Below are positions 19,024 to 29,861 of a stretch of 44,580 bases of DNA, piece after piece. The translations under genes were made by a program, and so were the position numbers. Position 1 is the stretch's first letter, and the number at the start of each line of letters is the position of its first letter. The notes below the pieces were generated by a model. The model saw only the letters and a program-made list of their open reading frames with translations. It ran no database searches and was not told where the DNA came from. The DNA comes from Actinomycetes bacterium (lineage in GTDB: Bacteria > Actinomycetota > UBA4738), in contig JAJYHN010000139.1 in the NCBI GenBank assembly GCA_021784765.1, positions 1 to 44,580 on the forward strand, read 5' to 3'.

Positions 19024-20694
19024 TCAGTCGCAGACGGCGCCGCGGCTCGCGGAGCTCACGAGCCTCGCGTACTTCGCCAGGGCGCCGCGCTCGTAGCGAG
19101 GGGCCGGGGCCTTCCACCCCTCGCGCCGGCGGGCGAGCTCGGCGTCGTCGACCTCGATGTCCAGGCGCCGGGCGTCGACGTCGAGCGAGATCGCGTCGCC
19201 CTCGTGCACGAGCGCGATCGGTCCGCCGACGACCGCCTCGGGCGCCACGTGGGCGATAGAGAAGCCGTGGGTCGCGCCGCTGAACCGTCCGTCGGTCACG
19301 AGCATCACGTCGCGGCCGAGCCCGGCACCGAACACCGCGGCGGTCACGGCCAGCATCTCGGGCATGCCGGGCGCCCCCTTCGGGCCCTCGTTCCGGATCA
19401 CGATCACGTCGCCGCGCTCGATCCGCCCGCCGGTCACCGCCTCGAACGCGTCCTGCTCGGAGTCGAACACCCGGGCGCGCCCGCGGAAGCTCAGGCCCTC
19501 CATGCCGACGACCTTCGCGACGGCGCCCTCCGGGGCGAGGGAGCCGCGCAGGATCGCCATGCCGCCGTAGGGGTGGATGGGCTCGGCCATCGGCCGGACG
19601 ACGTCGCCGTCGGGCCCGCCCGGCGAGAGTGCCGCGAGGTTCTCCGCCACGGTCCTGCCGCTGACGGTCAGCGCGTCGCCGTGCAGCAGCCCCGCGTCCA
19701 GCAGCTCCCTCATCAGCACCGGCACGCCGCCGACCCGGTCGAGGTCGGCCATGACGAACCGCCCGGCCGGGCGCAGGTCGCCGATGTGCGGGGTGCGCCG
19801 GCTGATGCGGTCGAAGTCGTCGATGTCGAGGTCGACCTCGGCCTCGTGCGCGATCGCGAGCAGGTGCAGCACGGCGTTCGTCGAGCCGCCGCAGGCCATC
19901 ACCAGCGTGATCGCGTTCTCGAAGGCCTCGCGGGTCATGATCTGGCGGGGCCGGATGCCGGCGCGCAGCAGGTCCACGACCGCGGCGCCGGATGCGCGCG
20001 CGAACGCGTCGCGACGCGCGTCGACCGCCGGCGGCGAGGCGCTCCCCGGCAGCGACATCCCGAGCCCCTCGGCCGCGACGGCCATCGTGTTCGCCGTGTA
20101 CATGCCGGCGCACGAGCCGGGCCCGGGACAGGCGTGCGCCTCGACGTCGTGCAGCTCGCCGTCGCTCATGGTCCCGGCGGCGTTCGCGCCGACGGCCTCG
20201 AACACGTCCTGGATCGTGAGGTCCCTGCCCCGGAGGTGCCCGGGAAGGATCGTGCCGCCGTACAGGAACACCCCCGGCAGGTTCAGCCGGGCGGTGGCCA
20301 TCAGCATGCCCGGCAGGCTCTTGTCGCAGCCGGCGATCGTCACCACGCCGTCGAACCGCTCGGCGTGCATGACCAGCTCGACGGCATCGGCGATGTTCTC
20401 GCGACTGACCAGCGAGGCCCGCATGCCGACGGTGCCCATCGCGATCCCGTCCGAGACGGCGATCGTCGTGAACTCGACCGGGACGGCGGCGCCGGTCTCG
20501 CGCACGCCCTCCTTGGCGACCGCGGCCAGGCGGTCGAGGTGGATGTTGCAGGGCGTCACTTCGTTCCACGCGGAGGCGACGCCGACCTGGGCCTTGGCGA
20601 AGTCCCCGTCCCCGAACCCGACCGCGCGCAGCATCGCCCGCGCCGGCGCGCGCTCGGTGACGTCGGTGCTGCGGGGCCGCATCGGGTCGCTCAT
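19024..20694 (-). CDS. ilvD: Dihydroxy-acid dehydratase
   Basis: [52 protein letters not shown]. Confidence 0.97.
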   Translation of the reverse strand: MSDPMRPRSTDVTERAPARAMLRAVGFGDGDFAKAQVGVASAWNEVTPCNIHLDRLAAVAKEGVRETGAAVPVEFTTIAVSDGIAMGTVGMRASLVSRENIADAVELVMHAERFDGVVTIAGCDKSLPGMLMATARLNLPGVFLYGGTILPGHLRGRDLTIQDVFEAVGANAAGTMSDGELHDVEAHACPGPGSCAGMYTANTMAVAAEGLGMSLPGSASPPAVDARRDAFARASGAAVVDLLRAGIRPRQIMTREAFENAITLVMACGGSTNAVLHLLAIAHEAEVDLDIDDFDRISRRTPHIGDLRPAGRFVMADLDRVGGVPVLMRELLDAGLLHGDALTVSGRTVAENLAALSPGGPDGDVVRPMAEPIHPYGGMAILRGSLAPEGAVAKVVGMEGLSFRGRARVFDSEQDAFEAVTGGRIERGDVIVIRNEGPKGAPGMPEMLAVTAAVFGAGLGRDVMLVTDGRFSGATHGFSIAHVAPEAVVGGPIALVHEGDAISLDVDARRLDIEVDDAELARRREGWKAPAPRYERGALAKYARLVSSASRGAVCD

Positions 20695-20829
20695 CGGTCA
20701 CTCCTTCGTGGTCGGGCCGGGGCGCGCGGCGCGGGCGTTCGCGGGCGCGACGTGCAAGGAGTGTACGGGCGACGCCCCGTGCGCGCGAGCGTGGCCCCGA
20801 GTTCGCCGGGCCGGCATACGATGGGCTCC

Positions 20830-22071
20830 ATGACCGGGCGGCCGACGCACGTGATCGTGGGGGCGAGCCTTGCGGGCACGGCGGCCGCCGGGGCGCTCCG
20901 CCGGGAGGGGTTCGACGGCCGCGTCGTCCTCGTTGGCGACGAGCCCGATCCGCCGTACGAGCGCCCGCCGCTCTCCAAGGAGTACCTCCGCGGCGAGAAG
21001 CCCGCCGAGGACCTCCGTCTTCGTGAGGAGGGCTGGTGGGACGAGAACGACGTCGAGCTGCGCCTCTCGACCCGTGTGGTGCGCCTGGACCCGGCCGCCC
21101 GCGAGGTCGAGCTCTCGGACGGCGAGCGGCTCGGCTACGACCGCCTCCTGCTCGCGACCGGCGCCCGCAACCGCCCGCTCTCGATGCCCGGCGGCGGCCT
21201 CGCGGGCGTCTTCCAGCTCCGGACGCTCGAGGACGCCGACCGGCTCCGCGAGGCCTCGCGGGCGGGCGCGCGGGCCGTCGTGGTCGGCGCCGGGTTCATC
21301 GGCATGGAGGTCGCCGCCTCGCTCCGCTCGCTCGGCCTGGACGTCACGGTGGTCGAGGTCTTCGAGGCCCCGCTCGTGCGCGCGATCGGCGCCGAGATGG
21401 GTCGGGTGCTCGAGGCCATCCACCGTGATCGTGGGGTGGCGTTCCGCTTCGGTGAGGGCGTCGAGCGGCTGGAGGGCGACGGTCGCGTCGGCCGGGTGGT
21501 GACGACCGGCGGGGAGGCGATCGATGCCGACCTGGTGGTCGCCGGCGTCGGCGTACGACCGAACGCCGAGCTCGCCGAGGACGCCGGGCTCCCGGTCGAC
21601 AATGGGATCCTGGTGAACGAGCGGCTCGAGACGAACCTCCCCGGCGTCTTCGCGGCCGGCGACGTCGCCAACCACGAGCACCCGGTGTTCGGGCGGCGGA
21701 TTCGCGTCGAGCACTTCGACAACGCGAGCCGCATGGGGGCCGCCGCCGCGGGGAACATGCTCGGCAGGGGGGCGTCCTTCGACGATGCGCACTGGTTCTG
21801 GTCGGACCAGTACGAGCACACGATCGACCACGCCGGCTTCGCACCCGAGTGGGACCAGGTGGTCGTCCGCGGCAGCGTGGAGGAGCGGGACTTCGTCGCG
21901 TTCTACCTGAAGGACGGCCTGCTGCGGGCGGCGTTCGGCGTCGATCGCGGGCGCGACGTGCGCAGGGCGCGGGACCTGATCAGGGCGGGGCGGCCGGTGG
22001 ACCCGGAGCGGCTGCGCGACCCGGAGGTCGACCTGAAGAAGCTCGCGAGCGACCTGGCCGCGAACGCGTGA
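20830..22071 (+). CDS. FAD-dependent NAD(P)H:ferredoxin reductase-like oxidoreductase (HcaD/putidaredoxin reductase family)
   Basis: IVGASLAG, PYERPPLSKEYL, VVGAGFIGMEVAA, FAAGDVA, RVEH, WFWSDQY. TACGAT -10 lies 7 nt before the ATG (leaderless-type). Confidence 0.9.
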   Translation: MTGRPTHVIVGASLAGTAAAGALRREGFDGRVVLVGDEPDPPYERPPLSKEYLRGEKPAEDLRLREEGWWDENDVELRLSTRVVRLDPAAREVELSDGERLGYDRLLLATGARNRPLSMPGGGLAGVFQLRTLEDADRLREASRAGARAVVVGAGFIGMEVAASLRSLGLDVTVVEVFEAPLVRAIGAEMGRVLEAIHRDRGVAFRFGEGVERLEGDGRVGRVVTTGGEAIDADLVVAGVGVRPNAELAEDAGLPVDNGILVNERLETNLPGVFAAGDVANHEHPVFGRRIRVEHFDNASRMGAAAAGNMLGRGASFDDAHWFWSDQYEHTIDHAGFAPEWDQVVVRGSVEERDFVAFYLKDGLLRAAFGVDRGRDVRRARDLIRAGRPVDPERLRDPEVDLKKLASDLAANA

Positions 22072-22130
22072 CGCGGGCTGCCGGCGCGGCTGGCCGGCGC
22101 GCCGCGGCGGGACGGACGAAAGGGGTGGAC

Positions 22131-23149
<1,019 letters not shown>

Positions 23150-23153
<4 letters not shown>

Positions 23154-24574
23154 GCCTGAAGCCCGCCGATCCCCAGGCGATCGTGATCTTCGGCGCCTCG
23201 GGCGACCTCACCAAGCGCAAGCTCCTGCCGGCGTTCTGGCACCTGTTCGTGGAGGGCCTGCTGCCCTCGGGGTTCGCGATCGTCGGGTACGCGCGAACCG
23301 AGATGCACGACCGCGACTGGATCGAGTACGTGCGCGACGCGATCCACGAGTTCGGCAAGGTCGACCCGTCCGGCGAGCCGTGGGACGAGTTCGCGAAGGC
23401 GCTCTCGTACCTGCCGGGCGAGTTCGACTCCGAGCGGGCGATGGACCACCTGCGGGGCCACCTCGCCTCGGTCGACCGGCGCCGGCACACGGCCGGCGGG
23501 CGCTTCTACTACTGCGCGACGCCGCCGGCCGCCTACCCGTCGATCGTGCGGCGTCTCGGCGAGAGCGAGCTGCACGGCAACGCGAAGATCGTGATCGAGA
23601 AGCCGTTCGGCCGCGACCTGCCGAGCGCACACGATCTGAACGACGAGCTGCACGCGGTCTTCGACGAGTCCCAGATCTTCCGCATCGACCACTACCTCGG
23701 CAAGGAGACCGTGCAGAACATCCTGGCGTTCCGGTTCGCCAACGGCATGTTCGAGCCGATCTGGAACCGCCGCTACATCGGCAGCGTGCAGATCACGGTC
23801 GCCGAGGAGATCGGCATCGAGGGGCGCGGGCAGTTCTACGAGGAGACCGGGACCATTCGCGACATGGTCGCGACCCACCTCTTCCAGGTGATGACGTTCA
23901 TCGGCATGGAGCCGCCGGTGAGCTTCGAGCCCGACCGGCTGCGCGACGAGAAGGTCAAGGTGCTGCGCGCGATGAGCCTGTGCGACCCGTCGAAGGTCGT
24001 GCGGGGGCAGTACGCCGGCTACCGGGCCGAGCCCGACGTGTCGAAGGACTCGCAGGGCGAGACCTTCGCCGCGATGGAGCTCGAGGTCGACAGCTGGCGG
24101 TGGGCTGGGGTTCCCTTCTACCTTCGGACCGGAAAGAACCTGAGGCGGAAGGACACCGAGGTCACCCTGTCGTTCCGCGACGTGCCCTACAACCTGTGGA
24201 GGGGCGTCGACGCCGCGCCGCTCGCGCGCGACCACCTCACGATCCACATCCAGCCGCACGAGGGCATCACCCTTGCGATGAACGTGAAGAAGCCGGGGCC
24301 GGGGCTGGCGTTCGACCGCGCGACGATGGACTTTGCCTACGACCGGCGGTTCGAGGCGCCGCTCGCCGAGGCCTACGAGCTGCTGCTGCTCGAGGCGATG
24401 GAGGGTGACCACACGCTCTTCACGCGCGAGGACGAGGTCGAGCGCGCGTGGGAGATCCTGCAGCCGGTGCTGGACGATCCGCCGCCGGTGGTGTTCTACG
24501 AGAAGGGGTCGTGGGGCCCGAAGGAGGCCGACGAGCTCATCGCCCCCCACGTCTGGCACGTGTCCAGGCGCTAG
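23150..24574 (+). CDS. zwf: Glucose-6-phosphate 1-dehydrogenase
   Basis: IFGASGDLTKRKLLPA, EKPFG, RIDHYLGKETVQN, RWAGVPFYLRTGK. GTGA overlap with gnd. Confidence 0.96.
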
Positions 24575-24636
24575 GGGAGATCCGGCCCAGTGGCTCGCCG
24601 CGGCTCGCCGCCGACCGACGCCGCGATTCGGAAGGG

Positions 24637-24679
24637 TACATGCAAGATACATGTATGTCATGCATATCGCATGTACACT
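24637..24679 (+). promoter_or_regulatory. Toxin-antitoxin promoter with two tandem palindromic operators
   Basis: TACATG-N7-CATGTA (24637-24655) and CATGC-N5-GCATG (24659-24673) abut the -10 TACACT (24674-24679), 7 nt before ATG 24687. Confidence 0.75.
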
Positions 24680-24686
24680 TCCACGT

Positions 24687-24917
24687 ATGACGAAGTCGGT
24701 CCAGATCCGCAACGTGCCCGCCGAGGTGCACCGAACGCTGCGGGCTCGCGCCGCCGCCGCCGGGCAGTCTCTGTCCGACTACCTCCTGGCCGAGATGGTC
24801 CGCATCGCGGAGCGTCCGCCCGTGGCGGACGTGCTGGCTCGGGCCGGTGCGCGGGCGGGCGGGACGAGCGGGTCGAGCATCGTGCGGGCCGTGCGCTCGG
24901 GTCGCGACCGGGCGTGA
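24687..24917 (+). CDS. vapB: FitA/VapB-like ribbon-helix-helix antitoxin
   Basis: MTKSVQIRNVPAEVHRTLRARAAAAGQSLSDYLL; GTGA-coupled to the PIN toxin. Confidence 0.88.
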   Translation: MTKSVQIRNVPAEVHRTLRARAAAAGQSLSDYLLAEMVRIAERPPVADVLARAGARAGGTSGSSIVRAVRSGRDRA

Positions 24918-25315
24918 TCGTCGTCGACACGTCGGCGGTTCTCTCGGCCCTGGCGGGCCGGCCTCGGGACGACCGGCTCGTGTCGCGCCTCGCGGGCGAC
25001 GGCGATCTCCACGCGCCCCACCTCATCGACGTCGAGGTCGTCCATGCCTTGCGCCGGCTCGTCGGGATGCGCGCGCTGACGCAGGAGCGTGCCGAGGACG
25101 TACGGTCGGACTTCGCGGACCTCCCCATCGTCCGCTACCCGCACCAGCCGCTGGCCGATCGGATTTGGGAGCTCCGGCACAACCTCTCCGCGTACGACGC
25201 CGCGTTCGTCGCGCTGGCCGAGGCGCTCAGTGTTCCTCTGGTCACCTGCGACGCGCGCCTGGGGCGAGCGACCGGGCACGAAGCTCGCGTCGAGGTGTTC
25301 GCGGGTCGAAGGTGA
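24914..25315 (+). CDS. vapC: VapC family PIN-domain toxin
   Basis: MIVVDTSA, APHLIDVEV, LSAYDAAFVALAE, LVTCDARL. Confidence 0.93.
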   Translation: MIVVDTSAVLSALAGRPRDDRLVSRLAGDGDLHAPHLIDVEVVHALRRLVGMRALTQERAEDVRSDFADLPIVRYPHQPLADRIWELRHNLSAYDAAFVALAEALSVPLVTCDARLGRATGHEARVEVFAGRR

Positions 25316-25328
25316 GTCGCGCTCGGTC

Positions 25329-26389
25329 TCACCGGCGGCTCGCGAGGAAGCCGGCCAGGTGCCACACGAGGACGCTAAGGAACGGGAGGACCAGCCAGGC
25401 GAGCAGCCGCGGCCGGAGGCGCAACAGGAGCACGGAGAGAAGCCCGACGATCACGAGCTTGCCCGGGAGCCCGATCAGGCGCGCGACGGGATTGCTCTCG
25501 ACCGCTCCCTCGCCGTGCAGGGCGAGTCGCGTGGAGAGAGCGTCACCCACGTTCAAGGCGTTGAGCGCGACGAGCGCGACCGTCGGCGTCCGCTGCAGCA
25601 AGACGATGGCCTGCGTGAGCGGAGCCCATGCGGCGGCGATCGCGGGCATGATGAGGTAGGGAGCCACCTGGGTGAGCCCGGATGAGATGCCGAACCAGTC
25701 GAGTCCGTATCCGAAAGGGAAGGGTGGCCAGCCGGTCCAGAGCAGGCCGGGACCAAGACAAGGGTCCACGCCCACCGGGGCCGGAGGGTCCCGAGCAGCG
25801 CCCCGAAGAGGAAGAGCGGCGGGACCGTCAGGCAAGGGTCGCCCATCCGGGCCCGGACGGGGACGCCGTCACCTGCCAGGCCCAGACGAGCGCCCACGTT
25901 GCGAACCCTGCGAGGCCGAGGCTTGCGGCGCGCAAGCCGAGGGGGGAAGAGTCCAGCGCAGCCCGCCGGGGTGCCGCTCCAGCCCTCACCGACGGCCGTG
26001 GGCATCCTGCCCGTGACGGCGCAGTTCGTGTCGGCCCACCCAAGGACCAGCGGTCCGAGGGTGTAGGCGACGGCCGGGGCGAAGAACCACCGTCGGCGGC
26101 CCGCCAGCACCAGCGTCGCACCGGCGAGCAGCAGCGCCGCGAACCGGGCGACGTCCGCCTCCATCTGGCCGCGTACCGCGGCCCAGGACACCACCAGCCG
26201 TTCGGTCACGGCACCGGGTGACTGGACCCAGGCGGCGTTCAGCGCGCGATCGGCGTGGAACTGCATCGTCGCGAAGACAGCCAGGCTGGCGACCCCCGCG
26301 ACAACCGGAGGCCACCGGGCCTGCGCCGTCGCGCGTAGCCACCGGATCGGTGCGGCAGTGGTGGCGGTGGAGAGCGGGGGCGGCCTCAT
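25329..26389 (-). pseudogene. Multi-pass membrane protein with C-terminal DUF5658-like domain, broken by about three frameshifts
   Basis: ATGA-coupled start at 26389. Hydrophobic coding sense switches frame near 25950, 25845 and 25746. C-terminal LNALNVGDALST...GAVESNPV motif. Confidence 0.6.
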
Positions 26390-26859
26390 CGACGACCGCC
26401 GGAGGTGGGCTCGTCGGGCGGAGCGTCGCGCTTGGCGGGGCGCCAGATCGCATGGAGGCCGACGGCGACGATCGCGAGCGCCGGCCCGAGGCCGACCGAG
26501 CCGTAGGCGACCCATGCGCGAACCCCGCCGGAGGCACGGAGGGGCCACAGGAAGATCCACATCACCGCGAGCGCGGCGAGCACCACGAGGGCGCTGAGCG
26601 CCAGGCGCCCTGCGAACCCGAACGAGGTCGGCGTGGCGCCGGTCCGCGTCGACACCTCCGGCGCCAGGCGCTCTGGTCCGGGGTCGAGGCGCGGGGGTGG
26701 CCGTGATCCGGGGCCGCCTCGGACCGCAGGGCCCCTGGTCGGGGTCGGCACGTCGACCCGGGTCAGGCAGCGCGGGCACCACGTCATCGCCTCCGGCACG
26801 ATCCCCCCACACGAGCGGCAGGTCTGGCCGCGGGTCTCACCGCCCTCGTTCACCTGCAT
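26386..26859 (-). CDS. Zinc-ribbon membrane protein
   Basis: CRSCG...WCPRC, Pro-rich linker and two TM helices; SD GAGGT. Confidence 0.7.
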   Translation of the reverse strand: MQVNEGGETRGQTCRSCGGIVPEAMTWCPRCLTRVDVPTPTRGPAVRGGPGSRPPPRLDPGPERLAPEVSTRTGATPTSFGFAGRLALSALVVLAALAVMWIFLWPLRASGGVRAWVAYGSVGLGPALAIVAVGLHAIWRPAKRDAPPDEPTSGGRR

Positions 26860-26958
26860 CCGGCACCTCTTCGGACCATGTCCTTCTGCATCGGCAGAGG
26901 CGGGACGCGGGGAGAGCCCGATGTGCGGGCGTGTGGAACGGGCCGGATCGTCGCGCGG

Positions 26959-28518
26959 CTATGCGCCGACGACGGGGGCCCCGAGCGACGGGGACGGCTC
27001 CTCGGGTGCCGCGGACGCCGCAACCGGTTCGGGCCCGCCGCCGCCCGCCGCCCGCCGCCCGGCGATCCGGAGCGCGAGGATCCAGGCGCCGAGGGCCCCG
27101 GCAGGGGCCAGCAGCGGGATCGAGGGAAGCAGGTAGCGGTAGTCGAACATCGAGGTCGCCATCGCCGTCAGCGCCAAACCGGCTCCGGAGAGCGTGTAGA
27201 GCAGGACCTCCGCGCGGAGCCGCCTCGGCGCCGCGCGCCGCAGCCCCACCGCGCCGGCCCCGAGGCCGAGCGCGATGCAGAGCGCGAGCAGCGGTCCGGG
27301 GGTGTAGCCGGCACGCTGGTAGGCGATCAACGCCTGGGCGACCGGGCGGTCGATGCGCGTCGTGGGCGGCACCGGCGGCCCGAAGCGTCGCTGGGCGCGC
27401 AGCGCCGCCCTGCGCTGGTCGGGCACCGACAGCCCGAACTGCCACATGCGAACCGGCTCCTGCCACCTTCCGGTGCGGTGCCCAGGCGCGAGCAGGTGCA
27501 GGAAGTCCGCGCCGACCACCCGCGCGAAGGTCAGCGGCTGGTGGCGCAGGACCGCGAGCGAGAACTGGAGGAGCGCGCGGTCCCTCGTGATCCCCTTCGG
27601 CGGGCGGACGTGCGACGCGGGAGAGGCCGCGTTCCACACGTACCAGTTGGGTCCGGGCCGATCGGCCGGCGGCATCGCCGGACAGAGCATGCGCTCGTAG
27701 GCCGGGATCGCGAGGCCCTGGCACGTGGCGAAGTCGACGACGCGTCCGTACAGGAAGTGGCCGTCGAAGCTCGTGATCGTGTAGCGGCGGTGGTAGTGGT
27801 GGAACCATCCCGCGTACAGGCCGATCGGCAACGCGAACGCGACGACCAGCGCAACGGCCCGAGCCCCTCCGAGCCGTGTGCCCAGCACGAACAGCAGCGC
27901 GGGGGCGATCAGCACGATGCCGACCGTGCGGGCGAGGGTCGCGAGCGCCAGCAGCAGCCCGGCCGTCGCGACCACCGTGACCGGCGGCCGGCGCCACCAC
28001 ACCAGCAACGCGAAGGCCGTTCCGACGAGGACGTCGAACATGGTCTCGGCCATGACGTACTGCTCGAGGTCGATCAGGTAGGCGTCGAGCAGCAGCGGCG
28101 CCGCCCCGAGGGCGGCGAGCCACGCCGGGAGCCCCAACCGCCGCAGCACCGCGTACGCGAGGACGCCGAGCGCGAGCCCCAGCAGGTGCTGGAACGCCGG
28201 CACCACCGCGAGATGCCCGCCCCCGAGGGCGAGCAGCACCTTCAGCAGGGCCGGGTAGGCCGCCGGGCGGAGCCCGTTGGGGATCAGCCGGTGGGCGTTG
28301 TGCAGGTAGTAGTAGGAGTCCCCGTAGAAGAGCAGCGCCGGGCGGTAGCCGAGCGAGGCCATGGCCCGAAGGACGGCCCCTGCCGCGAACAGGACCAGGA
28401 ACAGCCAGTGCCGCCGGGCGAGCGCGGCGGCGCCGCTCGTCCGGCGGACCGACGCGCGGGTCCCGGCGTTCGTCGCCGGCGGGCCGGGCGGCGAGAGGGT
28501 GGCCTCAGGCCGCGGCAC
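26959..28518 (-). CDS. Polytopic GT-C-like (lipid-carrier-dependent) glycosyltransferase
   Basis: Many TM helices; GDSYYYL...RPAAYP, EQYVMAET, DYRYLLP; directly downstream of a GT2. Confidence 0.7.
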   Translation of the reverse strand: MPRPEATLSPPGPPATNAGTRASVRRTSGAAALARRHWLFLVLFAAGAVLRAMASLGYRPALLFYGDSYYYLHNAHRLIPNGLRPAAYPALLKVLLALGGGHLAVVPAFQHLLGLALGVLAYAVLRRLGLPAWLAALGAAPLLLDAYLIDLEQYVMAETMFDVLVGTAFALLVWWRRPPVTVVATAGLLLALATLARTVGIVLIAPALLFVLGTRLGGARAVALVVAFALPIGLYAGWFHHYHRRYTITSFDGHFLYGRVVDFATCQGLAIPAYERMLCPAMPPADRPGPNWYVWNAASPASHVRPPKGITRDRALLQFSLAVLRHQPLTFARVVGADFLHLLAPGHRTGRWQEPVRMWQFGLSVPDQRRAALRAQRRFGPPVPPTTRIDRPVAQALIAYQRAGYTPGPLLALCIALGLGAGAVGLRRAAPRRLRAEVLLYTLSGAGLALTAMATSMFDYRYLLPSIPLLAPAGALGAWILALRIAGRRAAGGGGPEPVAASAAPEEPSPSLGAPVVGA

Positions 28519-29686
28519 GGGCCGTCCGGCGCAGGGCTGCCATCCAGGCGGTCGCGGCCAGGGTCACGATGGTGAGCGCCACGAGCATGGAGAACATCCT
28601 GCCGTGGTGGCTGCCGATCGTCAGCCTGCGCGTGGTCTCGCCGAGCAGCGCCGCCAGGGCCACCTCGGCGATGACCGCCATGCCGCCGACGGCGAGCGCG
28701 CCCCTGGTGAGCGCCCACCGCAGGGCGCTTCGCATCCGCTCGTTCGGGTCGAGCGCGAGGGCCCGGTACAGGCGAAGGCCGAGATGGGCCTGGGCGAGGG
28801 CGCCGCCGGCGACGAGCATCAAGACGCCGGCCGGGACGCTCACCGGCGCCGGCCCGACGCCGGTCACGAGCGCGCCGCCCACCGCAGCGAGCAGCAGCGC
28901 CGGCACGAGGAACCACCCCGAGGCCGCGTACGCGAGCATGTAGCGGACGTGGCGGAGCCCGTCGCGCAGCGACTTCAGCTTGGAGATGCTGCCGCCGGGC
29001 CGCGGCGCGTAGGTGATCGGGGTCTCCGCGATGCGAAGCCTGGCCTGGCGCGCCCGGATCACCATCTCGGAGGCGAACTCCATGCCGGTCGAGCGCAGGC
29101 GGAGCCGCTCGAGCGCGTCGGCGCGCACCATCCGCAGCCCGCAGTGGGCGTCGGAGACGCCGCTTCGGTAGAGCAGGTTCAGCACGCCCGTGAGGATCGG
29201 GTTGCCGATGTAGCGGTGGTGCCATGGCATGGCGCCCGGCAGGATCCGGCCGCGGAAGCGGGAGCCCATGACGAGGTCGTTGCCCTGGCGGGCGAGTGAG
29301 ATGAACGCCGGCAGCTCGCGGAAGTCGTAGGTGAGGTCGGCGTCGCCCATCAGGATCGTGCGCCCGCGCGCGTGCTCGAGGCCGGTCAGGTAGGCGCGGC
29401 CGTAGCCGCGCCGGGGCTCGTGGATCACGCGGGCGCCTCCCCGGTGGGCGAGCGCCGCGCTGGCGTCGGTGGAGCCGTTGTCGACCACGAGCACCTCGCC
29501 GCCCACCCCCGCCTCCTCGATCGCGGCCCACGCCTCAGCGACGCAGCGCTCGATGGTCGGCTCCTCGTTCAGGCAGGGGATCACGATCGAGACGTCGAGC
29601 GAGCTCGCACCGGGCCCGCCGGGCTCTCGGAGGATCATGGGGAGGGGTGTCGCCCCCTCGGGCGTGGCGTGCAGGCGTGCGTTCAA
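28505..29686 (-). CDS. GT2 glycosyltransferase (polyprenol-phosphate sugar synthase-like) with C-terminal TM helices
   Basis: SIVIPCLNEE, VVDNGSTD, GYGRAY, MGDADLTYD, DLVMGSRF, SDAHCGLR, GMEFASEM. Confidence 0.9.
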   Translation of the reverse strand: MNARLHATPEGATPLPMILREPGGPGASSLDVSIVIPCLNEEPTIERCVAEAWAAIEEAGVGGEVLVVDNGSTDASAALAHRGGARVIHEPRRGYGRAYLTGLEHARGRTILMGDADLTYDFRELPAFISLARQGNDLVMGSRFRGRILPGAMPWHHRYIGNPILTGVLNLLYRSGVSDAHCGLRMVRADALERLRLRSTGMEFASEMVIRARQARLRIAETPITYAPRPGGSISKLKSLRDGLRHVRYMLAYAASGWFLVPALLLAAVGGALVTGVGPAPVSVPAGVLMLVAGGALAQAHLGLRLYRALALDPNERMRSALRWALTRGALAVGGMAVIAEVALAALLGETTRRLTIGSHHGRMFSMLVALTIVTLAATAWMAALRRTARAAA

Positions 29687-29861
29687 GAGTCCCTCCGTCC
29701 GGTGAATCGGTCACGGCGCGGCGACGCGTGGGCGGGTGCCCACGCCACCTCGTGCGTGTGTTCGACTGAGATGCGTTCGGAGGATGTTGCGAGCCCGTCG
29801 CGGTCTTGCGATTTCGCGGCAACGCCTCCGCCGGCCCCCGGGGGGACGGCGGAGGCGCCGG

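Noticed and set aside
18994-20829. Apparent 1025-aa fusion ORF extending the FAD reductase
   Set aside because: The N-terminal ~610 codons are antisense to ilvD; the real start is ATG 20830 behind a -10 box.
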